Counted from the first letter of the stretch, positions 9,577 to 21,506 are shown. The stretch: DNA of 64,000 bases from Candidatus Tayloriibacteriota bacterium (GCA_037129895.1 JBAXUB010000003.1:2699-66698); one strand, 5' to 3'. A program made the numbers and translations. The notes: generated by a model not told the origin, from the letters alone.

Positions 9577-9647
9577 TTATATCACAAAGGAGTAATTTGT
9601 CAAGGTAAACGTATTTCGGCAATGATCGGGTGAACATGAGTCAAATA

Positions 9648-9673
9648 GCGTTATACCATATATGGTATAACGC
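9648..9673. repeat. 26-bp perfect palindrome gcgttataccata|tatggtataacgc
   Basis: Read directly. It lies ~40 bp from the first tRNA-Leu 3'-end repeat. Confidence 0.6.
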
Positions 9674-9713
9674 CTATAAGCTATGTTGTGCGCCCCAGGA
9701 TAACATATTTGCG

Positions 9714-9731
9714 GTGCCGGGGAGAGGACTC
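9714..9731. repeat. Direct repeat of the tRNA-Leu 3' end (18 bp, gtgccggggagaggactc), copy distal to the tRNA
   Basis: It is identical to 10024-10041, which is the 3' terminal 17 nt of tRNA-Leu plus 1 nt. Confidence 0.6.
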
Positions 9732-9855
9732 TTTCCCTACGGGAACGGTACAGTCTTCGTATTTCTCCTCGTCTACGACTCGTAGAAATATACTCAGACT
9801 TTTCGAGTCTTTGGACGCGAACCAGTCAACTGGTTCGCTGGTGGTATGCATATCA

Positions 9856-9873
9856 GTGCCGGGGAGAGGACTC
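9856..9873. repeat. Direct repeat of the tRNA-Leu 3' end (18 bp), middle copy
   Basis: It is identical to 9714-9731 and 10024-10041. Confidence 0.6.
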
Positions 9874-10024
9874 CCCCGCGACTCTCGGCTGACCAGTCAG
9901 CCTCGGTCTGGGCACCGGCTCGCGGCTCGGTGCGCTCACCTCGCACGCTCCGCCGTTCTCGTCCTACCCCATGTCACAATGATGCTCCATTCGGACTGCA
10001 TTTAGCAGTCCTCGTGGATCATTG

Positions 10025-10106
10025 TGCCGGGGAGAGGACTCGAACCTCCATGAATTGCTTCGCGTGGTCCTAAGCCACGTGCGTCTACCAATTTCGCCAC
10101 CCCGGC
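10025..10106 (-). tRNA. tRNA-Leu (anticodon TAG), type II with long variable arm
   Basis: I folded it by hand. Acceptor GCCGGGG pairs with CCCCGGC, anticodon arm is CGTGG-CTTAGGA-CCACG, and T arm is GGAGG-TTCGAGT-CCTCT. Length is 82 nt. Confidence 0.8.
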
Positions 10107-10271
10107 GTAGATATAACATAGCATGTTTATGTGGGATTGACAAAATGGTATAAACAATGTTATAGTACACACGGCTAAGTTCTCTTACAATGTGATTTGA
10201 ACCAAGTGCCAAAAGTAAACAACCGGGCCTTTATGCCCACGGCTGAATAAGCCAAAAAAGAAAGGATAGTT

Positions 10272-11702
10272 ATGTTAAGTGAAAAATTCGTGCTGACGGT
10301 AAGTCGGCTAGTCATGCCGATCGGATTCGCTGTCGAAAATTTGGTCGCACGTATGCTACTCATGTGGTATGCGTTTGATAGGTTCGTCGGGGTAGATAAG
10401 GCCCCTATCATGTTCTCTCAGGGGGAAGTGATCGGAGTGGATGCTACGTTCGACGCAGATGGTGAGGTGCCTATCGGGTGCGGACAAGGAAGGTTCGGGA
10501 CCGAGCATCCGGCCATCTCGGTGGCCAAAGAGCTCGGAATCCAGGACAACGCGGAGTTGTTACCGCTACTAGGATTTCTGAAAAATGGGACAGGTAGTGA
10601 GTTGCGACTGCAAGTGCTGTTCAAGTCCGTTCGTCGAAAGGTGAACGGTGACCCGAAGACATGCATTCAGGTTATGAGCATCTTCATTGATGCCATAATC
10701 ATGAATGCCCGGTACAATCCGGTCGCATGTCAGAAGGAACTGTCGCTGGAAGAGGTCTTTCAAGGTCTCATCAAGCGCAAGAAGTTCACTGACAAACGAG
10801 CCTGCGCTCATCTGCAAAAGCAGATCGAACTCAGTCTTGCGAACAGTAAAGATGTGACTGAGTTAAATCACGTCCTTATGGCACTGTTCCGTCGTCGTGA
10901 CAAGACTGTGACGACAGCGGATGTGCCTCTCTACAAGGAGGCTGACATCCTCGAGTGGATGGAGTTCGTCCTCACAGCCTATTACCAGCAGCAGATCGAC
11001 TTTGGCAAGGCGCTGGAGGAGGTTCGAGATTTGGAACCTGTCATGGTTCCTACACTGATCGGTAAGAGCAGATTCAAGATGAAGCTCATCACCGTATCGA
11101 GTGAAAATGATCAGGTGGCAAAAGCTGCCAGATCGCTCGGTGCGGACATAGTCTTGCACAGAGAGCCAATGTCTCTACGTCGTCACATAAGTTTTGGTCC
11201 TGTCCGTGGGTTATCTAGCCAGAACCTGGCGAAAATGATCGAGTGGATGGAGGTGCCGAAAAAAATGAAAAGTCGAGTAAAGTGGGCTGATCTGGGAAGC
11301 TTCGACAAGAGTCGCGGGATCACATGGTGGCACGTGGACCGCAACGGAAATCTGCATAATGGTACCAAGTACCGTCCGCAGCCGGAATCGATGATCGCAG
11401 ATTCTTCGATCGTTGATGCGATCCAGCACGCCTTCCATTTCGAGGAACTGAAGTTCTGGTGCAATCATCCGGATCGCAAGATCAGGATCTCGGCCAGAAC
11501 GGAAGGGAAGAAACAGCTCGCCCTTCCTCAGCCCAACGGAAACAATGGGAACGGGAATGGACATCACGAGGTAGCCGGGATCAATGCGGTGGCAACTGCA
11601 TTCGACAAAGCCTTGGAATCCAAGGCAGTCAGGGACGTTGTCAAAGACGTCAAGCCCAAGCGCAGGGTTAGTAAAGGGGACAAGGTTGTCAGCAGGGCAT
11701 AG
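10272..11702 (+). CDS. Hypothetical protein (GC-rich island; no recognisable domain)
   Basis: A 476-aa ORF at ~52% GC. I see no tyrosine-recombinase R..HxxR..Y signature. Confidence 0.45.
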   Translation: MLSEKFVLTVSRLVMPIGFAVENLVARMLLMWYAFDRFVGVDKAPIMFSQGEVIGVDATFDADGEVPIGCGQGRFGTEHPAISVAKELGIQDNAELLPLLGFLKNGTGSELRLQVLFKSVRRKVNGDPKTCIQVMSIFIDAIIMNARYNPVACQKELSLEEVFQGLIKRKKFTDKRACAHLQKQIELSLANSKDVTELNHVLMALFRRRDKTVTTADVPLYKEADILEWMEFVLTAYYQQQIDFGKALEEVRDLEPVMVPTLIGKSRFKMKLITVSSENDQVAKAARSLGADIVLHREPMSLRRHISFGPVRGLSSQNLAKMIEWMEVPKKMKSRVKWADLGSFDKSRGITWWHVDRNGNLHNGTKYRPQPESMIADSSIVDAIQHAFHFEELKFWCNHPDRKIRISARTEGKKQLALPQPNGNNGNGNGHHEVAGINAVATAFDKALESKAVRDVVKDVKPKRRVSKGDKVVSRA

Positions 11703-11780
11703 TACAAATCAAGAACAGGGGGTTCCAGACAACTGGGCCCCCTTTCCTTTTATCTCAACATCCAATAGTTGAATCTGGTA

Positions 11781-11809
11781 TTGTCTAAATCACAAAAACC
11801 TGTTATATT
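11781..11809 (+). promoter_or_regulatory. Sigma70-like promoter for tRNA-Lys
   Basis: TTGTCT is followed by 17 nt and then TATATT, ending 9 nt before the tRNA 5' end. Confidence 0.45.
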
Positions 11810-11818
11810 TTCTCGTAC

Positions 11819-11891
11819 GCGCCCATAGCTCAGCTGGTAGAGCAGATCCCTCTTAAGGATAAGGTCGTAGGTTCGATCCCTACTGGGCGCA
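11819..11891 (+). tRNA. tRNA-Lys (anticodon CTT)
   Basis: Acceptor GCGCCCA pairs with TGGGCGC, D arm is GCTC..GAGC, anticodon loop is CTCTTAA, and T arm is GTAGG-TTCGATC-CCTAC. Length is 73 nt. Confidence 0.8.
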
Positions 11892-12020
11892 CAGAAATGA
11901 AAGTATTATATTAGTAGCAGGTGCATTTATGCACCTGCGTGTGGGGAGCGACTGTCGGAACAATACCGAGCCTAGTCAGGCGAGGTTGTCATTTCATCGG
12001 TCACGTGCAATAATTACTTT

Positions 12021-12308
12021 ATGTCAATAGCAGAAATACAGGAGAAAATTAGTCCAGTTCTCAAGTCATACGGTGTTACTTATGCTGGTATTTTTGGTTC
12101 AGTTTCGCGAGGCGAGGATCTTCCAGGTAGTGATATTGATATACTGATCAAGCTCGGCAAACCAATGGGCATGTTTTCTTATATGAGCCTGATTGAGGCT
12201 ATTCAGGACATATTGGGACGCAAAGTAGATATAGTTACAGAACAGAGTTTAAGTAAGTTTGTTAGACCTTATGTCATGCCTGAGTTAAAGACTATTTATG
12301 AAGGATGA
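12021..12308 (+). CDS. MNT-type nucleotidyltransferase antitoxin (MntA-like)
   Basis: It carries the minimal NTase motif 'GIFGSVSRGEDLPGSDIDILI'. It overlaps the downstream HEPN gene by 11 nt. Confidence 0.7.
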   Translation: MSIAEIQEKISPVLKSYGVTYAGIFGSVSRGEDLPGSDIDILIKLGKPMGMFSYMSLIEAIQDILGRKVDIVTEQSLSKFVRPYVMPELKTIYEG

Positions 12309-12621
12309 GAAAGTCTACATAGAACAGATGTTGGATTCGGTAGCAAAGATCGAAGATTTTACTAGTGGTATGAACAAGGAAGGTTTTATGAATGATTCCA
12401 AAACTCAGAGTGCCGTCATTATGCAGTTGGCAGTGATCGGCGAAATAGTAAAGAAGGTCTCTCCGAAGACGAAAGAAACTAGTGACATACCATGGAAAGA
12501 GATTGCAGGTTTCAGAGATCGAGCTATTCATCATTATTTTGGTATGGACCTGAATGTGATCTGGGATACTGTAGTTTTGGATATTCCAATTCTGAAGGCA
12601 GAACTCAAAAAGATACCATAA
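12298..12621 (+). CDS. HEPN/DUF86 toxin (HepT-like)
   Basis: The Rx4-6H motif 'RDRAIHH' is present and it is paired with the upstream MNT gene. Confidence 0.7.
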   Translation: MKDEKVYIEQMLDSVAKIEDFTSGMNKEGFMNDSKTQSAVIMQLAVIGEIVKKVSPKTKETSDIPWKEIAGFRDRAIHHYFGMDLNVIWDTVVLDIPILKAELKKIP

Positions 12622-12640
12622 AGCGTTGTTTCATATTTAG

Positions 12641-12649
12641 TGTTATAAT
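12641..12649 (+). promoter_or_regulatory. Extended -10 element (TGTTATAAT) upstream of the pilin gene
   Basis: It matches TGnTATAAT and sits 7 nt before the ATG at 12656. The same TGGTATAAT-type element recurs at 37332, 42890, 47174 and 57101. Confidence 0.4.
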
Positions 12650-12655
12650 TTGCAC

Positions 12656-13207
12656 ATGAATAAAAGTATCAAATTATTTAGACCTCGGTCTATCCGCGGT
12701 TTTACTCTGATCGAGATGCTCGTGGTTATAGCTATCATAGGCATATTGACGGGGATCATCGTCACTAACCTTTCTGGAGCAAAAGGAAAAGCCAGAGATG
12801 CAAAGAGAGTTTCGGATCTGAGTCATATTCAGTTAGCATTGCAGTTATATTTCGATAGGTGTGGTAGGTATCCAGAACCTGATGGTGGAGGAGTTGGTCA
12901 AGGGGGTAATGGTCAATGTAATAGAACAAAGTCGGGTCCAAATTCGGAATATACAATGTCTGATTTCATCCCGTCTATTCCAACACCGACGAGTGAGGCG
13001 GGGCAGACGGTTTATGGGTATGACTATGATTCAATTAAACCATATACCTACGTACTATATGCTGCCCTCGAATCTCCGAGTGCGGCTGTAAATGATGGTT
13101 TGAAGGCTGTGAGTGGTAGCCCGTCCTATTCTATCGGTACAAAAACTCTTACCTGTGGCGACAACACCACTGCCGGTTCCGTCCTCTATTGTCTCGGACC
13201 AAACTAA
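12656..13207 (+). CDS. Type IV pilin (major pilin candidate)
   Basis: Prepilin leader plus 'G|FTLIEMLVVIAIIGIL', the class III signal-peptide motif. The tracker's 12650 start is a TTG. Confidence 0.8.
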   Translation: MNKSIKLFRPRSIRGFTLIEMLVVIAIIGILTGIIVTNLSGAKGKARDAKRVSDLSHIQLALQLYFDRCGRYPEPDGGGVGQGGNGQCNRTKSGPNSEYTMSDFIPSIPTPTSEAGQTVYGYDYDSIKPYTYVLYAALESPSAAVNDGLKAVSGSPSYSIGTKTLTCGDNTTAGSVLYCLGPN

Positions 13208-13211
13208 GAAC

Positions 13212-14015
13212 ATGGATACACTTTCACTCGTTCTATCATTCATATTCGGCACGGTTATCGGAAGTTTCTTGAACGTAGTATCTCTGCGTTTCAATACAGG
13301 AACAGGTATAGGGGGTAGATCCAAATGCATGTCATGTGGAACGACTCTCACATGGAGGGAACTCGTACCACTTTTCAGTTACACAGTGCAGCTCGGCAAG
13401 TGCAAGAAGTGCAAGAGCAAGATCTCTTGGCAGTATCCACTAGTCGAATTCGTAGGTGGAGCATTATTCGTTCTCATATTCATCACATTTCCTCCACTTT
13501 CATTACTTTCAGGGATCACGACATTCTTGTATGTGATCGCTAGTTGTCTCCTGTTGGTAATGTCTGCATATGATATAAAACACAAGATAATACCAGATCA
13601 GTTCGTGTATACATTCATCTTGATTTCACTCATCAACCTATGTGTTGGTGGCACGTCACTACTGCATGTTCCTAGTATTTCAGCTTTTGCTGCTGGACCA
13701 CTGCTCGCTCTACCATTCGCACTGCTCTGGTTGGTATCGAAAGGTACATGGATGGGACTGGGTGATGCGAAATTGGTCCTCGGAATAGGATGGTTCACTG
13801 GGATCAGTCTAGGGATCAATGCTCTCATACTAGCTTTCTGGATCGCAGCAGGCGTCTCTGTTATATGGCTATTTTCTACATACAAGAAATTCAAATCAAA
13901 GACCGAGATACCTTTTGGACCATATCTCATATTGGGTATGTATTTGGTTATCGTATTCCATATTCAAGTTATCGATATTCAGCTCATAAAGGAATTATTG
14001 ATCGCGTATTTATAA
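13212..14015 (+). CDS. pilD: Prepilin peptidase (A24 family)
   Basis: It has the N-terminal zinc motif CxxC...CxxC (CMSCG...CKKCKSK), catalytic 'YDIKHKIIPD' and 'GLGDAKL'. Start ATG 13212 was chosen to avoid overlapping the pilin gene. Confidence 0.85.
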   Translation: MDTLSLVLSFIFGTVIGSFLNVVSLRFNTGTGIGGRSKCMSCGTTLTWRELVPLFSYTVQLGKCKKCKSKISWQYPLVEFVGGALFVLIFITFPPLSLLSGITTFLYVIASCLLLVMSAYDIKHKIIPDQFVYTFILISLINLCVGGTSLLHVPSISAFAAGPLLALPFALLWLVSKGTWMGLGDAKLVLGIGWFTGISLGINALILAFWIAAGVSVIWLFSTYKKFKSKTEIPFGPYLILGMYLVIVFHIQVIDIQLIKELLIAYL

Positions 14016-14034
14016 ATCATGATATAATGATCGT

Positions 14035-14631
14035 ATGATCCGCCTTCGAAAACATAATAAAGGCTTCACTCTCGTCGAACTTCTGGTCTGTATTGTGATC
14101 TTCGTCATCATGACCGCACTACTCGTGGTCAAATACGGCAATTTCAATCAGAATATCCTAGTCACCAACTTGGCGTATGACACTGCTCTCGCCATTCGCA
14201 CTGCACAGAATTACGGATTGAGTGTGAAAGCAGCTCAGACGACAACTGATTGTAGTAATGATTCATCATCGGCGTTTCAATGCGCGTATGGTGTGGAGTT
14301 TAATGCACCTAGTGGTAATTCATTTATTTTGTTTGCGCACGTGCCAATTACTACCGAGACTGGCATGTATGTTGAAGGAACTGATTCAAAAATGACAACA
14401 TATAATATGAAAAGTGGAGCCGTGATCACCAGGTATTGTTTCAATGAAAATGATTGTTCGAGTCTTGAAATAGGTAAATTGGATATCCTATTCAAACGTC
14501 CAGATCCGACGGCTCTCATATATTATGAAGGTAATCTCAAGTCATATGTGAAAATCATGATCCTGGGCACTGATGGAACGAAACGGAACATAAGCATTCG
14601 TAGCAACGGTCAAATATCTGTAGATATATAA
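14035..14631 (+). CDS. Minor (pseudo)pilin
   Basis: 'KGFTLVELLVCIVIFVIM' is a prepilin N-terminal methylation motif. Confidence 0.7.
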   Translation: MIRLRKHNKGFTLVELLVCIVIFVIMTALLVVKYGNFNQNILVTNLAYDTALAIRTAQNYGLSVKAAQTTTDCSNDSSSAFQCAYGVEFNAPSGNSFILFAHVPITTETGMYVEGTDSKMTTYNMKSGAVITRYCFNENDCSSLEIGKLDILFKRPDPTALIYYEGNLKSYVKIMILGTDGTKRNISIRSNGQISVDI

Positions 14632-14632
14632 T

Positions 14633-15298
14633 ATGAAAAAGGAATTTTCAATTTTTACAAACAAATATTCAAAAGGTTTTACTCTAGTTGAGATGATCGT
14701 ATCTCTTGCCATATTTTCCATAGTGGCTGTCGTCGCACTAGGTGCACTCATGAAGATCATCGGTGCCAATAAGAAGGCACAGACTCTGCAGTCTGCTATG
14801 ACGAATATCAACTTTGCTCTCGAATCTATGTCGCGTGAGATGAGAGTGGCGTCTAAGTTTGCGTGTTTTAATAGTGAAAATGCTGGTATTCAACCTAGCG
14901 ATACATTCTCAGCTGGTAACTGTACCAGTGGGCTTTTGAGTGAGAGTAATGTTCCTAATCCAGTAACTATCGCATTCAAGTCTTCGCATATAGGTGACGG
15001 CAACAATGGTGTGAAATGTAACCTTATTTATGCCTACAGCCTATCATATGACATTAACAAAAAAAGATGGAATATGAAGAAGGCAACACAGGGTAATTGT
15101 AATAGTGCAATTAATTCAAATAGTTACACATCCATCATAGACGATAAGGTGATCATCACAGATTGGTATGTCAAAATGACCAATGAAAAATATCCTCGTA
15201 TGCTTATCCGACTATCAGGTTATGTAGGAGATCAAGAGATCAATAAAACATTTTTCGATGTACAAACAGCCGTAGCATCTAGGCTAATGACGATCTGA
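14633..15298 (+). CDS. Minor (pseudo)pilin
   Basis: It carries the prepilin motif 'KGFTLVEMIVSLAIFSIVAVV'. Confidence 0.7.
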   Translation: MKKEFSIFTNKYSKGFTLVEMIVSLAIFSIVAVVALGALMKIIGANKKAQTLQSAMTNINFALESMSREMRVASKFACFNSENAGIQPSDTFSAGNCTSGLLSESNVPNPVTIAFKSSHIGDGNNGVKCNLIYAYSLSYDINKKRWNMKKATQGNCNSAINSNSYTSIIDDKVIITDWYVKMTNEKYPRMLIRLSGYVGDQEINKTFFDVQTAVASRLMTI

Positions 15299-15305
15299 TA
15301 TCAAA

Positions 15306-15908
15306 ATGAAATATTTATTTAATAAAAATAGGCATAATGAATCGAGTCCATTCAGAAATGGAGGTTTTACGATCATAGAAACTCTCGTGGCTATAACTGT
15401 ACTCATGATCGCCATCGCAGGACCTCTCGTCGTAGCTAGTAAGGGCTTGAATACTGCTCTATATGCTAGAGATCAGGTCATAGCTTCTAGCCTCGCTCAG
15501 GAAAGCATGGAGTTGATAAAGAATATGAAGAATAACAATCTTCAACTGCAGCAGACAGATGGTACGAGAGAGTGGTTGAATGGAATAATTAGTCCGGGTG
15601 TTGGAAATTCATGTACTGATGTACTTAGCTACTGTGATGCTAGTGTTATCGATGGTGTGAATAGTGTTAATGTCGGCGGTACTCTCGGCTATCCTATCTA
15701 TTTTAATAAATCAACAGGATATGGAACTAACGATACTGATGCAGTAAAAACAATTTTCTATAGGTATTACTATCTGACAACGGGTAGTGGTAGTTCATGT
15801 TCATCATCAGATAGTAACTGCACGATACACGTGGTTGTGTCATGGAATGAAGGTCCCGTGCCGTATGATATGGAACTGAGTAGTGAGATCGTTAGTAACT
15901 TGCCATAA
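15306..15908 (+). CDS. Minor (pseudo)pilin
   Basis: It carries the prepilin motif 'GGFTIIETLVAITVLMIAIAG'. Confidence 0.7.
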   Translation: MKYLFNKNRHNESSPFRNGGFTIIETLVAITVLMIAIAGPLVVASKGLNTALYARDQVIASSLAQESMELIKNMKNNNLQLQQTDGTREWLNGIISPGVGNSCTDVLSYCDASVIDGVNSVNVGGTLGYPIYFNKSTGYGTNDTDAVKTIFYRYYYLTTGSGSSCSSSDSNCTIHVVVSWNEGPVPYDMELSSEIVSNLP

Positions 15909-15913
15909 CAATC

Positions 15914-16465
15914 ATGAAATCATCCAGTATATATCAAGTGAATAGGAATGGCGGTTACACTCTGCTTTTCGCCATGCTCACTGCTGCTCTAGTTCTCGGT
16001 GTGGCTGTTTTCATAATATCTATAAGTAGGGGACAGTATCTGTTGTCTTCAACCGCCCGCGAATCAATGTTCGCTGTGTATGCGGCCGATAGCGGACTAG
16101 AATGTGGATCATTAGCAGCAGTTTCTACTTTACTCTCTACTACGAGCGCTGCATATGATAGCGCAGGGACTATTAGTTGTGGTGGAAGTGAGCCGCAAAT
16201 ATCTGCATACGGTCAATTGGCTGAATATGCTGGACTAAAAAATGATACCGCCTACAAAGCTGGAGTATCCATAATATTTGGAACTGGGGTCAATACCCGT
16301 TGTGCGCAAGTTGCTTTTATAAAGGGTATGACTGAAGATGGTCTATATCCGGTAACTATCATTGAATCACGAGGATATAACAGAGACTGTCCTGCTGCTA
16401 ATACTCCAATAGACCCACTAACTGTCGAGAGAGCACTCGTTCTAACACATGTCGGACAGGAATAA
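15914..16465 (+). CDS. Minor pilin (PilX-like)
   Basis: 'GGYTLLFAMLTAALVLGVAVFII' is a degenerate prepilin N-terminus. It has similarity to 28094-28525. Confidence 0.55.
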   Translation: MKSSSIYQVNRNGGYTLLFAMLTAALVLGVAVFIISISRGQYLLSSTARESMFAVYAADSGLECGSLAAVSTLLSTTSAAYDSAGTISCGGSEPQISAYGQLAEYAGLKNDTAYKAGVSIIFGTGVNTRCAQVAFIKGMTEDGLYPVTIIESRGYNRDCPAANTPIDPLTVERALVLTHVGQE

Positions 16466-16471
16466 TTGTGA

Positions 16472-18798
<2,327 letters not shown>

Positions 18799-18829
18799 AT
18801 ATGTGGAAATGCTCCGCCAGAATATAACC

Positions 18830-20281
18830 ATGAAAATCGAACTCAAAGGAATGACAATAGAGAAGGCACATGCACATCTCATGAAAGGTGACTTTACTTC
18901 TGTTGAGCTAACCGAGGCGTATCTAGATGTTATAAAAAATAGAGACACTGAAGTTCATGCATATCTGGAAGTATTCAATGACGCTGTTGGATCAGCCAGG
19001 GAAGCTGACAAAAGGATAGCGAATGGAGATAAAGGAATGCTTGTCGGTATACCAGTGGCTGTGAAGGACAATATTCTGATAAAAGGTAAAATCGCGAGCG
19101 CCGCATCCAAGATGCTGGAGAACTATCATGCGACGTATGATGCGACAGTTATAGAAAAATTGAGGAGAGAAGGAGTCGTATTTATCGGCAGGACGAACAT
19201 GGATGAATTCGCTATGGGAGGGTCAACTGAAAACTCTGCTTACGGAGCTACCAAGAATCCTCATGATGTGACCCGCATCGCTGGTGGATCATCTGGTGGA
19301 TCAGCAGCAGCAGTCGCTATGGATGGTGCAGTCTTCTCGTTGGGTTCTGATACTGGTGGTTCTATCAGACAGCCAGCAAGTTTCTGTGGAGTAGTTGGTT
19401 TGAAGCCAACTTATGGAAGTGTTTCTAGGTATGGAGTTATGGCGATGGGATCATCCCTAGATCAGATCGGGCCTATCACAAAAACGGTTGCAGATAGCGA
19501 GATCGTCTTCAATGCTATAAGAGGCAGAGATGTGAAAGATGGTACAACGATCAGTGAAGATACTTATGAAAAAATTGCCAATAATGGCAAGAAGAAACCG
19601 ATAATAGGGATTCCTAGACATTTCTTGAGTGGAGATGGTATAGACAAAGGAGTCATGAAGGCTTTCGATCAGGCGGTCCAGATATTGAAGAATGATGGCT
19701 ATGAAATAAAGGAAATAAAATTACCGAATATTTCATATTCACTCATGGTTTATTACATCATCATGCCTGCAGAAGTTTCTGCGAATATGGCGAGATTCGA
19801 TGGTATGAGATTTGGTCTCTATAAGGAAGGTGCAAACGGTATACAGGACTATTTTGAATCACGTCGTGCCGGACTCGGTCGTGAAGTCATCCGTCGTATC
19901 TTGCTCGGAACATACGTTTTGTCATCTGGATATTATGATGCGTATTACAATAGAGCGAACGCTGTTCGTAATATGATCACTGAGGATTTCTTAGAAGCGT
20001 TCAAGTCGGTTGATGCGATCATCACACCGACGGCACCATCTCCAGCTTTCAAGATCGGTGAAAAAACTAGTGATCCTATAGCGATGTACCTCGAGGATAT
20101 ATTTACTGTCACAGCTAACCTGACTGGATTGCCAGCAATCTCTGTTCCTATCAAGCCACAGGGCGCTGTAGAATATTCTGGTACCAATATGCCTATTGGT
20201 TTACAGATAACAGCGAGACATGGGTGTGAGTCGACATTATTTGAAATTGGTAAGGATGTGGAGTTAACAAAACCGGCGTAA
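18830..20281 (+). CDS. gatA: Asp/Glu-tRNA amidotransferase subunit A (amidase)
   Basis: It carries the amidase signature 'GGSSGGSAAAVA...GSDTGGSIRQPA'. Start was set at the in-frame ATG 18830, just after the gatC stop. Confidence 0.9.
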   Translation: MKIELKGMTIEKAHAHLMKGDFTSVELTEAYLDVIKNRDTEVHAYLEVFNDAVGSAREADKRIANGDKGMLVGIPVAVKDNILIKGKIASAASKMLENYHATYDATVIEKLRREGVVFIGRTNMDEFAMGGSTENSAYGATKNPHDVTRIAGGSSGGSAAAVAMDGAVFSLGSDTGGSIRQPASFCGVVGLKPTYGSVSRYGVMAMGSSLDQIGPITKTVADSEIVFNAIRGRDVKDGTTISEDTYEKIANNGKKKPIIGIPRHFLSGDGIDKGVMKAFDQAVQILKNDGYEIKEIKLPNISYSLMVYYIIMPAEVSANMARFDGMRFGLYKEGANGIQDYFESRRAGLGREVIRRILLGTYVLSSGYYDAYYNRANAVRNMITEDFLEAFKSVDAIITPTAPSPAFKIGEKTSDPIAMYLEDIFTVTANLTGLPAISVPIKPQGAVEYSGTNMPIGLQITARHGCESTLFEIGKDVELTKPA

Positions 20282-20301
20282 TAATTTGCTATAATATACC
20301 T

Positions 20302-20862
20302 ATGGATTTGATTCCAGCATTAGTCAAATTAGTCGAAACCGTTTTTGGATGGTATCCAGTTTTGGCGGCTGTCATCAAACAAGTGATCAGTTTCTTCATC
20401 ACTATATCTTTTCCGATATCTCTGGTATTTTTCATTGGTATAATATATTGCGTTGAAAACCTGAAGAGGATACGCAATCGTGAAGAAGAGATATATGACA
20501 CAAAGACCGAGCCTGCATATGAGGTCGGAGCGAAGGTGGACAAACATTTGACAGGGCGTTGGGAAAGCGTACAGAGACATATGAGCTCGACCAATCAGAA
20601 TGATTGGAAACAGGCCATCATCGAAGCTGATGTGATGCTCGATGATATATTGACCAAGATGGGTTATAGGGGAGAGTCAGTAGGGGAAAAATTGAAGCGA
20701 GTAGCTACTGGAGATTTCGCATCACTAGATGAGGCTTGGGAGGCACACAAGGTGAGAAATAGGATAGCTCATGATGGAGCAACATTCGTATTATCAGAGC
20801 ATGATGCCAAGCAGACAATTCAAAAGTATAGGAAGGTGTTCGAGGAGTTCTATTATATTTAA
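20302..20862 (+). CDS. Hypothetical membrane protein
   Basis: It has an N-terminal TM region and a C-terminal soluble domain. No recognisable family. Confidence 0.4.
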   Translation: MDLIPALVKLVETVFGWYPVLAAVIKQVISFFITISFPISLVFFIGIIYCVENLKRIRNREEEIYDTKTEPAYEVGAKVDKHLTGRWESVQRHMSSTNQNDWKQAIIEADVMLDDILTKMGYRGESVGEKLKRVATGDFASLDEAWEAHKVRNRIAHDGATFVLSEHDAKQTIQKYRKVFEEFYYI

Positions 20863-20866
20863 AAGT

Positions 20867-20885
20867 GTAGAGGTCAGACCTCTGC
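20867..20885. repeat. Palindromic element GTAGAGGTC(A)GACCTCTGC, copy 1
   Basis: Together with the following G-rich tract it is near-identical to 21507-21525. Confidence 0.55.
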
Positions 20886-20934
20886 AGTGGGGTGGTGGTG
20901 AGAGTTGTTGCTTTGGTAGCTTTTTCGTATATAC

Positions 20935-21456
20935 TTGCAATATATGAATGCTCTTTTCACCATGGGGGTGGTTTTGGCCATATTTCTAGGGGCCAGTTAC
21001 TGCTTCCTATATAGATCGTACAAGCGCATCGCTAGGCGATGTCGCAAGAAAGACTGTGGTCGCACAGGAGTGAAGAGGATCTGCAAGATACTCCCAGCTC
21101 GTGATGAGAACGTGGTCTCTTTTCGGAGTCCAGAAGGAAAACCTCGGTGGTTCATCCGTCGGATTATCAAGTTGACATTCACTCAGTGCAAATGTGGCTG
21201 GGTCGAATTGGTCAAGATCGATACTGATCCTATGTCTCTGTGGCACGCTTGGTGGGCCATGAAGTTTCATAAAGATCAGTTCATGTTCACTGAGCCCAAG
21301 CTCATAGAAGCGGCGCAGGCAAAGATGCGGAAGTTGTATCTAGGGGGCAAACACGAAAGTCTAGATCCCCAGACAACAGACACACCAACTTTGTCGCCAA
21401 AATCATTGTTCCGTGACTATTTCGAGGAGATCTCTGAAGTCATCGACAAAATTTAG
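20935..21456 (+). CDS. Hypothetical protein (N-terminal TM, Cys/His-rich; locally higher GC)
   Basis: An ORF with a coding-like local GC shift to ~50%. It is flanked by the two palindromic element copies. Confidence 0.4.
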   Translation: MQYMNALFTMGVVLAIFLGASYCFLYRSYKRIARRCRKKDCGRTGVKRICKILPARDENVVSFRSPEGKPRWFIRRIIKLTFTQCKCGWVELVKIDTDPMSLWHAWWAMKFHKDQFMFTEPKLIEAAQAKMRKLYLGGKHESLDPQTTDTPTLSPKSLFRDYFEEISEVIDKI

Positions 21457-21472
21457 TAAGTTTCGGTTTCAA

Positions 21473-21506
21473 GGCATGTATACCTCCCGTATGCATGCCC
21501 TTTTTT
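21473..21506 (+). terminator. Intrinsic terminator
   Basis: Stem ggcatg...catgcc followed by a TTTTTT run. Confidence 0.45.

Noticed and set aside
9688-10073. Two overlapping ORFs (105 aa and 75 aa) downstream of tRNA-Leu
   Set aside because: They span the tRNA-Leu 3'-end repeats and the tRNA itself. The composition is Arg/Ser/Pro-rich and unlike the rest of the proteome. They are most likely non-coding att-site scar.
13113-13211. Tracker start of pilD at 13113 overlapping the pilin gene
   Set aside because: The N-terminal extension has no similarity to prepilin peptidases. ATG 13212, right after the pilin stop, gives the canonical 'MDTLSLVLSFIFG' start.
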